From Vermamoeba vermiformis (taxonomy: Eukaryota): a DNA stretch of 64,000 nucleotides. The stretch covers positions 62,001-126,000 of the forward strand of contig JBEWZL010000300.1 in assembly GCA_045837725.1 (NCBI GenBank). Reading direction: 5' to 3'. A program made the translations under genes and the position numbers. Of the stretch, positions 1-11,222 are shown one piece after another. The notes under the pieces were generated by a model. It made no database searches. It was not told the origin of the DNA and worked only from the letters and a program-made list of their open reading frames with translations. Numbering within the stretch: the first letter of the stretch is position 1; each line of letters begins with the position of its first letter.

Positions 1-1310
1 CATGCCTAACAGACCATTGCGCGTGTCTTTGTAAGTTCGGATCAACTTAGATTTCCAAATATAGTAATGCGATCTGTCGAGGGCAACAGTTTCGCCACCA
101 TTGAAAAATATCGGTGTTATTGCACTATTCTCACTTCTTGCCTTCACATTGGTGTTGCTCTGCGCGTCATTACTTTGTTGAACAGGCAATTCTTTGCCGG
201 TCTCCAAGTCGTAGTTGTACTTCTTTGCGTGATACAGCCAGTGCGTTACGTTCTCATCGCCGCCTAGCTGGAGTAGTTCAAGCACTGATGGCATATAGCC
301 TTTGTAGAGCTTAGTTTCAACGGGTACAATGTCCTAGTCAACGTTAGTTTGACACGTGTCAAACGCAGCTATGGCAACAACTTACGCCTTTTTTCGGTGC
401 AGGCACTGGTTCCCTCACGTCGTAGTCGCTGCCCTCTACGCGCTTTCGGAACTGCGTGAATACGTTCAACGCTTCTGAGCCCTGGTTAAGCACATTAGTG
501 ACGGACTCTCGAGAGATATGTTCTCAGTCATTAGTACCTTTCCTTTGGGATCAAACGGCAATTCTGAAATGTGATGCATTGTTTGGCCTCCCCAAACGGT
601 CTTCAGCGGTCTACAAAGTTTTTGTTAGACTTAAATGTTCACGCATTAGGCATAGTTAATGTACAATACGTACACATTCTTGACTTTCAAACGCTTCACC
701 AGTCGTTTTTCAACGCGCAGTTCTTCATCGCAAACTTCTCGGTGACTGTACACGCCTTCAACGGAGATATTTTCTGAAACGTAGATCGGAGTAAATAAAT
801 TGAAATATGAGTGAGAGTTAGAGTCGTACCTTGTGCCAAATCGTTTACCATATTATCTATAATATCTTCAGGGTTGCCTATTCTTACGGTAAGATCACTT
901 CCGAGTTTCTTGAAGGATTCACGGAGATCTCTGTCGAAAAAATGAGCTTGAGTTTGCTTTACTTCAAATGTAATTTCGTAAATTGGTACTTACTTTACGC
1001 TTTCGAGTAAAAATCTAGTTTTATGCGGACTTGAACGAGGCAGACCGAAAAAATGTGTTTTTTGAAATTGTCTTGGATCGAAGCAGTAGAGAGGAATTAT
1101 TCTGCGTCAAGAAAAGCTATTAAATACGAAACTAATAAAAATACGAAATATTTTTTGGTACCTTCCGTTTGTAGCTTTAATAGCATTAGTTAATGGCTCG
1201 TGATCGTGAACTCTCAGATCAGTCCTAGTAAAATAAACAAAATTAGCAAAATTAATTATATATTTAGTGGAATTTACTTACTTGAACCAAACAATAGCTG
1301 CAGTCTTCAT
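1..1310 (-). CDS. Cryptochrome-DASH / photolyase family protein, 5' part (multi-exon, runs off window start)
   Basis: Spliced translation from ATG 1310: MKTAAIVWF..TDLRVHDHEPL..IIPLYCFDPRQFQKT..DLRESFKKLGSDL..WGGQTMHHISELPF..NVFTQFRKRVE..FNGGETVALDR..YIW..RTYKDTRNGLLGM. These are characteristic CRY-DASH motifs. Confidence 0.88.
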
Positions 1311-1517
1311 TGCTTGCCGGATTTGCATAAACTTGTTACCTAGGCTGGTTTTATTTTAGAATATGATGCTTGGTGTTGTTATGCGTTTAGTGGAGTTAAA
1401 ATATTCAGGCAATTGACAAAAGTGATGTGCGATCGCATGATGTCTGATTTGATCCGGAAATTTTTTTACCATAAAAGGAAAAATTGATTTTATTACCTTA
1501 ATCTGCCTGGTATACCA

Positions 1518-3118
1518 CTACGTGACGATATTTGACTTCTTTGGTGATATATCCATGCCTAGGTCTGTGTTTGCAAGCATAAAAATGTTGATCCAGATCG
1601 CTGAAGGTACGGATGTTATCTTGCATAAATTATGAGCCAAAATGACCAAATCTCTTCGTTTTTCATCTGCTGCTACTTTCTTTCTCATATCCAATAGTAC
1701 CTTATAGTACTTCTTGATGTCATTATGGAGGTACTTGTCGAATTCGCGCGGGAACTGGATCCAGATCCGTTCCATCTTTGCTGTTTTCGGCGAACCTTCT
1801 TTTGGTAATCTGAATATAATTGGCTCAAAATACTTCTTGAACATTGTATGGTGTAATAGCTCTTTGATTTTGATTCGTTTCTGTGGGTGATAATTCAACA
1901 TGCTCTCTAATAACGGCAGCCAATTGACCGTATTTTTGTCTTTGGGCATAATTTTGGCCAATTTTTCAGTTAATTGACCTTCAGAGCCCTGAACAGGATA
2001 TCGAACGCCAAGCCCAAGTGCTTCACTATACGCAGGATATCCCAGAGCTACAAAGACGCCATAATAAGCATTCGCACAGTTTTCCCAGCACTCATCATTA
2101 CGCCCAAAAATGGAAATTCCGTCTTTGAGCATATACGCAAAGACACAGCCAAGTGACCACACATCCATCGATGAATTTGGTAGAGGCATGTCGGAGTCTC
2201 TGTCGTAAATATTAGTCAAATATTTTTCCTTAAGAATATATACTCGTTCGTATTCAATAAATGCTTTAAAAATTTTTAGATCTGGTCATCCTTGATAAAT
2301 CAGTTTTTCATTAACTATTACTCGAATCTAGTTGAAAATATTATTACTTACGGAAGGGCATATAGCATTAATTCAATCGGTCTAAAAGTTATATCGTCGC
2401 CTCTTATGTATCTGGAAAATAATCGATCGCGGTACCAAGACATTGAATCTTGTGCATTATTAACAAAGCCGGTTATTTTGACCTTTTGTAAATCTTCGCT
2501 AAGCAGTATATGATTTGGCTATATAAATAAATTATTAACTTGGCGCTATGAGTTGATTCAAAGTTAACTTACGTTTAAATTCGTATGAACTATTCCCGCG
2601 TCTTCCATTTCGCTTAGAGCCTTAATTAATTTATATAATATTCTTATTTTATCATCGAAACTAAATGTCTTAGTTTTCATAGCCTCAGCTAACGTGAGAT
2701 CTGAAAATCAAATAAATAATTAAATAAATCAAATAAAATTTTCTTGCTTACCCATATATTCTGACACTACAACAAAACTTCTTCCCAATTCAGAGCTCGA
2801 TCGATAGAAAATATCGTTGATTTTGAGAAAATTATCGGACTGTCGTTGCAGCTCAGATGCCACCATCAATCCTTTGCATTGCTGAATACTTTGTGCGTGA
2901 TCATATGCCAGTAAACAGGTAAGAGATTTTAGCGTGACAATCTGGCCGCTCCAGGTGTCCAGGCATTTCCAAATCCGAGTTATTCTGTATTCGTGGCTGC
3001 CCTACGCACAGTCAATATGAGCATTGAGGCCGATTCTCCTTACTTTACATTCGATATCGTTAATAGCTTTATAGCGATTGAATAATATTTGGTCTTTTCG
3101 GACTTGTGTGTTGCCCAT
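1518..3118 (-). CDS. Divergent protein-kinase-fold protein (likely pseudokinase), copy 1
   Basis: Exons give RYKAI..IWKCLDTWSGQIVTLK..VVSEYM..GIVHTNLNPNHILL..VKITGF..MDVWSLGCVFAYML..LLESMLNYHPQKRI. Kinase subdomain order is intact but HRD reads HTN and there is no DFG. Confidence 0.8.
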
Positions 3119-3313
3119 CTCGACGCGCAATTGTAAATTGAAAATGTTTTCAGACAAGACTCGAATCAATTTTAATAATAAAATGGCGCTTGTTGGTATA
3201 GTATAATCTAGAATCTATCAATGTGCCTGTTCTTGACTGAGCGAATAGTTGCGGTTACCATAAAAAATAGCATGCGCGATCGAGTTCTTTATATCCCGGG
3301 ATATGGAGACTAT

Positions 3314-4835
3314 TTACAATATAAATTTTGTCTTAGCAGGTAGTGAATACATAACTGGTGTCGTATTTGCGTACATAAAGATTGTTACCCAGATCTCGGC
3401 GGGTACTGATGTTGCATTGCCTAAATTACACGCCAATACAATCAAATCTTTTCGTTTTTCATTTATAAGCGACCTTCTTGTGCCTAATAGCGATTTAAAT
3501 AGTGCCCGAATTTCTTTCGGTTTCCATCTCCATAAATCCGAAGGAAACTGGGTCGAGATCGGATCCATTTTTTTGGTACTTGTACCAAACGTTACTTGGT
3601 GATTTACTCCTCGACTTTCTAATTCTTCAAAATGATATTTAAAAAGGGCGTGGTTGACCAGCTGTTTGATCGTGATTCGTTTTTCCGGCTGGTACTGAAA
3701 TATTTGTTGCAACAACGGAGATCCACTTCTGCGGCAAATCCGCAGAAGTGAAGGCTTTTGGCATTTTGCCAGTAAAATAGTGCCTGTGTTGGACTTTGAG
3801 ACTGTCCATGTCTTCTGGCCTCGGCTGACCAAGGGTAGCAAACACAGAGACATAATTGTGGCCACCCTGTTGAGCTCCAAATAAGGGAATTCCGTCTTTT
3901 AGCATATATGCAAAGATTGCACCGAGTGACCAAACGTCCATCGCTGAACTGACGCTTGGTGGTTGATAGCCGCTGCAAAATTTTTTTTAGATCTCGTTAG
4001 AAACACTTACTAAATGATCATATTAATTACTTACTAGATCGATTCGACTAAAAATTCAATTGACCGAAACATAATTTCATTGTGTTTAACGTGTGGATAT
4101 GTATGTCGTAGTACTAGGTTAGGTTCATAGTAATCGGTAATATGCATTGCGTTGTGGATCAAACCGCATATTTTGACGGTTTGAAGGTCTTTGCTTAGTA
4201 ATATATGATTTGGCTATAATAGTAATGCTGCGTATTAGCGAAGGCCAATAATAATAAAAAATAAACTTACGTTCAAATTCGTATGAACAATTCCCGCCTC
4301 TGCCATTTCATTCACTGCTTGCACTATCTTATAAAATATTCGTATTTTATCTTCGTAACTAATTTTCCGTGCCTCAATCGCTTCAGCTAACGTCCAATCT
4401 GAAATTGAATATTAAATACTTTGTAAAAATAAAAAAAATTATTTAAAAATCATGGACGCACCCATATACTCTGTATTCACTACGAATCCTGTTCCGTTCA
4501 AATCGATGACCGAACAATAAGAGATATCGTTGATTTTGAGAAATTTATCAGATTGTTGTTGTAGTTCAGAGGCGATCAACAATCCTTTGCATATTTGGAC
4601 GGCGTGGTACGAATCAGTTTTCAATGTGGATGGCATTAATTTCAATAGCACTATTTTTCCACTCCATTTGTCAAGGCATTTAAAGAGTCGAGGCTTGTAC
4701 AACTGAAACTGAAAAAAAATTATGTCAGATCAAACTCGAGCTATTTGTTTTACTTACAATATGATTTAATTCCTCGATGACCTTGTATCGGTCGTTTAAA
4801 AATTTATCTTCCAGTTTGCCGTTTGTGGTCCGCAT
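3314..4835 (-). pseudogene. Pseudokinase paralog, copy 2, with an apparent +1 frameshift near 3719 (pseudogene or sequencing error)
   Basis: Similar exon layout and motifs to copy 1 (GIVHTNLN, VKICGL, MDVWSLGAIFAYML). Homology to copy 1 switches frame at TGG ATC T CCG TTG (W-I-[T]-P-L-L vs W-L-P-L-L). Confidence 0.7.
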
Positions 4836-5124
4836 CAAGGAAAAGTTAAAAAAATAATGATTTTACAAATAAACAACGGATAGGCTAAAACAAGACTCTT
4901 ATTTTGCTAAGTTATGTACTAACAATTGTATTGATTAGCCTTAAGACCGAAGAAGAGTCGATTAAATGTTGTTGGATCTCACCAGCGGTAAGAACCCCGT
5001 TAACTCTGCCTTAGAAAATGCTAAACAAGCTAATTGGTCGCTAAAACGTTTTTATTGTATAAACACGTGCCCTATTAATAACAGCAACAATTGTCAAACT
5101 AACTTGATCCAATACGCGTTCAAT

Positions 5125-6282
5125 TTAAGGGTTTTTAGGGACAGTGCAATCGAGGTTGTAGTTCTGAGCGTATTTCAAGTAATAGCAGTACCTATAATTT
5201 ATTATTAGTCTTTAATAATAAACAAAGCGTACGGATCCTACTCACCATTGCATAGCGTTACGATTGAAGTTCAAAATGTTTCTAGTGCCATGAACAAAGT
5301 GGTTGTCGTAGTAAAGAGCCTTAGGGAAGTCCCAGCCCAAATAGCGCATGTAATAAGACCCTGAGACTTCTCCGGTACGATCCTTGCCAGCCTGGAACAA
5401 AAACAGTTAAATAGGCTCCATATGTTTCTTTATGCACGTAGTATATATATGATAATATTACCTCGCAGTGGACATAAATCACGAGAGGCTTGTCGTAAGC
5501 ACGTTGCAACCATGAGTGCAGCAAATCCATTGTCTTTGGCAAGTTATCGATTTGCCAGCTCTAAATATTATGATTTTAATATAATTAATCCATTAGCACG
5601 ATAGGTTCCTCGATTTTGACTGAAAGCATCAAAGAGTACGGATGTTTCAGAACGGAAAAGTTTGTGCGGTGAGACGACTTACTTGGATCTTCTTAGCCAT
5701 AGTCTTGCGAAGAGACTCAGGTACATCATAAGGAGGCAAAAGATCTCCGAAAATAGGCCACGAGAACCATTCGCCAAGGCTCGGGTTTTGTTGGAAGAAA
5801 GCAGATTCGACGTTCTTCGAGATGAATTCGATGGACAATAAGCTGAAGTCTACATATAAAATGTAAATAAGAGTTGGTACTACGACTAAGCTAATGTCAG
5901 AATTTTGCTTGACACTTTCTTGATCTGACCGTTTAAAAAATTAATTTCAAATTAAGTTTACAATTGCTTTTAATAATTTTAATTCATATCAGTGGTCTTA
6001 AATGCGTCATGTATTGTTTTAATCGAAAATATCGAACGTACCAACAAGATAAAAGTCTCCAAGAGTGATATTAGCCTCCTTTAAAGCCACAGTACGCATA
6101 CGAGCAGTCAGTTGATTATAAATAAATGTAGAATTAACAGTGGGCTCGTTGCCTCTGAATAAAATGTTGTTCTTGTAAACGTCGATCACATGCAACCTCG
6201 CAGGATCGAAGTCTTCAGCCGCAACGCTAGCAAGACCGATAGCAGCAATAACAAGCAGGCTCAATAACAATTTTGGAGACAT
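5125..6282 (-). CDS. Signal-peptide-bearing PTP/dual-specificity phosphatase-like protein
   Basis: Hydrophobic N-terminus MSPKLLLSLLVIAAIGLASVAA. The spliced P-loop reads VIYVHCE|AGKDRTG (HCx5R). Five exons; ends ..DCTVPKNP*. Confidence 0.8.
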
Positions 6283-6723
6283 TTCTGTGGCTGCTTGATC
6301 CTTTCAGACAAAAAAAATGTTTCTCTTCCTTGCAATTGACCAAAAAGCCATGCGCGGAACAACAAACCATTATTGAATCATAATGTAGTTCATTACAACA
6401 ACAACAAAATACAACGGGCAGTTTTTTTGTACATTGATTGAGGAGAGCAGGAAGCAAAACCGGTTGGGGTATTTTCTCTCGCGTGATTGACGAAACTAAC
6501 AACATGGACGCCAAAATTAATAATTATTTTAAGATCTGATAGATTTCTTCGCTTCGGCCAACCAAAAGTAAAGTAAGAGATACTAAGTCCGATTTTTCAA
6601 TCTAATTTTAATAAAGCAAATTAAAATGCCATCACTATATTATTGAATATAAATTAAGACTTGCAGCATTACAAAATTTTAAAGAGCAATTATGTGGACG
6701 GAGGACAAGCGATCCAACTTCTA

Positions 6724-7418
6724 CTACTCGTTTTGTGCAGTTGCCTTCTTCCACGAGGCTCTATTCGACACTAATTGCCACCAGCGCATAAAATTCTTGA
6801 ATTTGCCGTACAATTCCAAGTACTGCGGGAGTTCGGTAAGGATGAGGTGCGTGTACGGCAAGTAAACGATATCTTCAAATAAAATATCGTTAATAACGCT
6901 CTATTTTTGTATTATCAGATCTTACCAGCTACGGTGAAGTTTTCTCCAGCGAGAAAAGTAGATTTAGCCAAGCGATCGTCGAGTACTGCAAGAACTTTCT
7001 CTAAACGCAGCTCGGCGTCCTTTATCTTCGCTTCATCTCTAGGTAGACCTCGTCTTTTAACAAAAATTACGAGCTGCCAAGCCAGATCTTCAGTGGAGTT
7101 GTAGTAGCATTGCTCGACGGAGATCCATTGCTCGATTATTCCGCGGATCTTGGCGTCAGAGGGGTAAAGCGTATTAGTCCTATCATACGCCAATGCTATG
7201 TATCGAACTATAGCTCTAGATTCGAATATGGTGTAGTCTCCGTCTTGAAGCGCTGGAACTTTTCCAAACGGATGCTTGTTGGCAATGTAATCGGCGCTCT
7301 TCATCTGCTCCATGCTAGTAGTGACTAGTTCATAAGGTACATTGACTTCTTCAAGCACTGCCAGCGCTCGTTGAGTACAAGTAGTCTCACGTAAACCGAA
7401 AAGTTTAATCTGCGACAT
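6724..7418 (-). CDS. Glutathione S-transferase (phi-like)
   Basis: HPFGKVPALQDGDYTIFESRAIVRY, FLAGENFTVA|DIVYLPY, ..WW..RASWKK. One intron. Confidence 0.92.
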
Positions 7419-8059
7419 CCAGATAAAAATTGTTGGAAACGCGCTTGAGATAGATAAAGCCTAGTTAAAAAAGTGAGCGTATGGGTTATTATGAGAGATA
7501 TTAATGATCGTTATTTATAGGTTACTACGAATTTCTCGACGATTCTTTTTCAGTTGAAGCACGTGGCTCTTTGTGAACTGAAAGCGCTTCGAGAACTTTT
7601 TACATACAAGCAACAAATTCAAACATAATATATTATGATATCAATATAGTGCTACTTTCTATTGGAGTGCAAGTTGGATGCGACACTTTACCTTAGCGAG
7701 CAATATTTGAAAAAAAGAAGCTTCAGTTGCGAGAAGCTTCTCTGAACTGCAAAAGAAACGAGGACATTCGACGAATGCATTAGTAATGAATAGTACGCTG
7801 TTTCGGTCCTTACAAATTCATTCGGGATCTCATTTTGATCTGACTCTCATCGAGTTTGCTTTCCGAGCCTCCGCAAAACTTAATCTTACTTAGAGATTTG
7901 GTTTTATAATAATATCCTGAATTATATTGTTTAAAATGTCCCTTTGATTCTGCGAGAATTTTGACAGAAAGGAAAAATCCGCGGGTTAATGGGAGAAAAA
8001 ACTCAATTTGAAGGCAATTGGCATTTAGTTATTTAGTAAGTTGTTTAATAACACGAGCG

Positions 8060-10016
8060 ATGGAAAAAAATATTGGTAAGAAATCGAGATCTTGATCTGC
8101 TAGAAATGATTAACGTGCTGGCACTTTTAGAACCAAGTATATCTCCTGCGGCAGAGGAGGAGATTGAAGCATTAAAGTCTATTTATACGGAAGAGGAGTT
8201 TAAATCTGTTTCAGAAACAAATAACCGGTTTGAAGTGAGTAGACGAACTACATCTCGTCTCTAAAATATTCTAAAATTACTAAAATAATTTGATAATAAT
8301 TAAATTATAATACCATAATGATTAATAATATTACTTCAATATTTGTATTCGTTCTAAAATTTTAATATTTTCGTCGTGATCTGCTATTGACTTAACTCCA
8401 ATTTTAGGCCATAATTAACCTCCAAAACAATAGAGTGCTTAAATTACGCATTAATTTACCCAAAGACTATCCTTCTAAGACTATGCCGACCATTGAATGC
8501 ACTGGCAAATGGTTACACCAAGATCAAGCCGCAAAATTGATCAAAGAACTCAAAAGTTTATATGATACTAGAGAAAGTGAAGACGAGGTTATTATATTTA
8601 AATGGATTGAATGGTAAGCTTTATACCTCAGCTTGAGAAATTTCAGATGCGATCGCAGAAAATTAACAATTTTTTTCAGGCTTCGTGAGAATACGGAATC
8701 ATTCTTAAAGCTACCAACTAACACCAATGACGCAAATAACAATAATAACAACGATAATGAGGGCTCGGATAGCGATAACGATCAGATCTTGCTCCGTACA
8801 AACGACGAGTCATTTTTCAAGTACTGGAAGAGCGAAGCTGTGACCGATAGAAAGAGTAATATACTTAATACAACATATTAATGATATATATTAATATATT
8901 TAATTAATACAGGCAAATTTGTGGCTCATTTGGCTGAAGTTCATTCGCTCGAAGAAGTAAAATTGGCAGTTGAAGAATTGAAATTGAGCAATAAGAAGAT
9001 CGCGTAAGAATAAAATTTATAAAATTTAATGGAGGAACACAAGTACTAATGAAATTTATTTTTGCAGCGAAGCGACGCATAATACTTTTGCCTACCGAAT
9101 TGAACGAAGTGACGGATCTGTCGTAAGTTCATGAACGATTATAAATTTACTATATAATCAATACGTATATTAATTATATTATAGGACGAAGGTCGAGATG
9201 ATGACGGCGAAGGCGGTGCTGGTGATAAAGTAAGAAAACTAATTTTATCAAATTTCTACCGTTCTATTACCATATTTGGTAATGCTACTTTACTGATATT
9301 AATGGGCTTAATATAGATGCTGTTCGTGCTGCAAAACTTGAAAGCGATTAATTGTGTGGTGATTGTGACGCGATGGTTTGGCGGCATTGAATTGGGTCCT
9401 GATCGCTTCAAACACATTTCAAATCAGACTAAAGAGGTGCTGCAAATATATTTGAACGGTAAGAATTAATTACACCCAACAGAAAAAAAATCAAAAGTAC
9501 CAGTCGGATCGATTTTAGTGGATGTTTCTGCAATTCAATTATATTACAATAATTATTATTATTATGCTTTATATTTATGTCATAGCCTATGATCGAGTAA
9601 TTGCATCAATTCAAGCATGGGCAAAATTTTTCATTTTACGTACAACCTCCGTTGTAATAATTGTTCGTTATAGTAATGATATATTATAATATACGATTAT
9701 AATATTTTTGTTATTGTTATTTTTGCTGATAAAGTTGGATAATGTAGAGTTGGAGTTGAGAGCGAAAGAAAGTGGACCAAAAGAAAAGAAAAAACTACGC
9801 CCAGCTGAAGATGTTATGAGCAGAATTTTGCACGACGACAGTTTAAATGCAGATGAATTTATTATTGGCTATGAAGATCGATTTGAAGGCCTGCAAGAAT
9901 TGAATATTAAAGAGTTTATTGAGGTCGAGATCCCGATGCATCGAATTCGATATTTCAAGCGAGGAAATGAAGTCGTTTGGGACAGGAAGAAGAGGCTTGA
10001 TAAAATATTCCAATAA
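8060..10016 (+). CDS. IMPACT: IMPACT/Yih1-like protein (RWD + UPF0029) with C-terminal MJ1316-like (DUF504) domain
   Basis: RWD: EEIEALKSIY..LPKDYPS. IMPACT: DRKSKFVAH..ATHNTFAYR..DDDGEGGAG..VTRWFGGIELGPDRFKHI. Last exon LRPAEDVMSRILHD..IGYEDRFEG..IPMHRIRYFKRGNEVVWDR is joined in frame via intron 9459-9747. Confidence 0.85.
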
Positions 10017-10341
10017 ATTGCAAAATTAATTGGTTTAAATTAAAAAAAATGATATAAAATTTGAAACGAGGCTTAATTGCTGTTTTTGTGGGCAAAAAAG
10101 CTTACAATAATGAAGAAAAGCATCGCTATTTAATTTGAAATGATACAGTCAAGTGATGTTCTGAGATCCAAAGGAATTGTCAGATCTCTTTACAAAATTT
10201 TCATAAATTTCGGTGGCAAGCGACAAAAAACTGAAAACAATATCTTCGATCATTAATAGCACTAGAGGGCTAAAAATACTCATTTTCGACACAATTACAC
10301 AATTAGAAGCAGAGATAAATTATTGAAACAATTCTAGCGTA

Positions 10342-11120
10342 ATGACTACTCCTTTTCGTGGCTCTGTTCCTGCCTCTTTTGGTAAGTATATGATAGAAAT
10401 AGACTTCAATAAATGTTCTTACTTACTGAAAGATTCAACGATATTCAGGCGGCGCGAGTGCTCGGGTCAGAAAGTTGATCCAGGACGAAACTATCCGCAA
10501 AATCCATGATTTCAGCCACCTTGACGACCATGATATTAACAATCGTATCGGCAAGTTGGCACGAGAATGGGATATCGATCGCGTCCTCAGTAAGTCAGAT
10601 TTACTTTTCAGGATCTTATTTCTCAAGGAAATTACGATTCTAACACCTTGTAGTATTCTTCAATGCCGGTTTGTCGCTCTTTTTCTTCGGCTTGACCTTA
10701 TTCATGTCAAAATGGTGGGTTTTACTGCCTTTCTTATCGACTTTGTCATTGCTCCAGTACTCAATCTCCGGATGGACTCCTTTGGCTTTGCTACTTCGTA
10801 ACACATTCGTAAGTACACCATCAAAAATACATATTAAACATGATGAGTGGATGTTTGGCCCTTTGACTTATTAACAAATTGAGAATTCAGTGCGGATCTA
10901 AATTATTAATTTTTTGTAGTATTTGCGTACATTAAGCGAGATTATGGAAGAAAAAGAAGCAATGAAGGTACTCCGTGGCGATTTCAATTTCGCTAGTTCA
11001 ACGGATCGCGTCAGCCTCGCCAAAATACTTGAAAGCAACAAGATCGAATACGGCGTCTTTGTACCGTACAGATCTCACATCAGCAGCTTTACTGAGAGCC
11101 AAAAACAGACTGCTGCTTAA
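10342..11120 (+). CDS. Small membrane protein resembling bacterial DUF2892/YgaP-type proteins
   Basis: Four exons, phase-consistent: ..RIGKLAREWDIDRVLIFFNAG..KWWVLLP..LLQYSISGWTPLALLLR..LRTLSEIMEEKEAMKVLRGDF. Confidence 0.7.
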
Positions 11121-11222
11121 TGCAATTAAAGAACGCGAGACGTTTTTATTGCTAATAAACATTTAACTTTTTAAATACAGATTTGTTTGAAATTTTCTGT
11201 TGTTTATTGTCTTAACATTATA

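Noticed and set aside
8735-8760. AAT/AAC repeat encoding poly-Asn
   Set aside because: Ordinary low-complexity linker, common in AT-rich protists.
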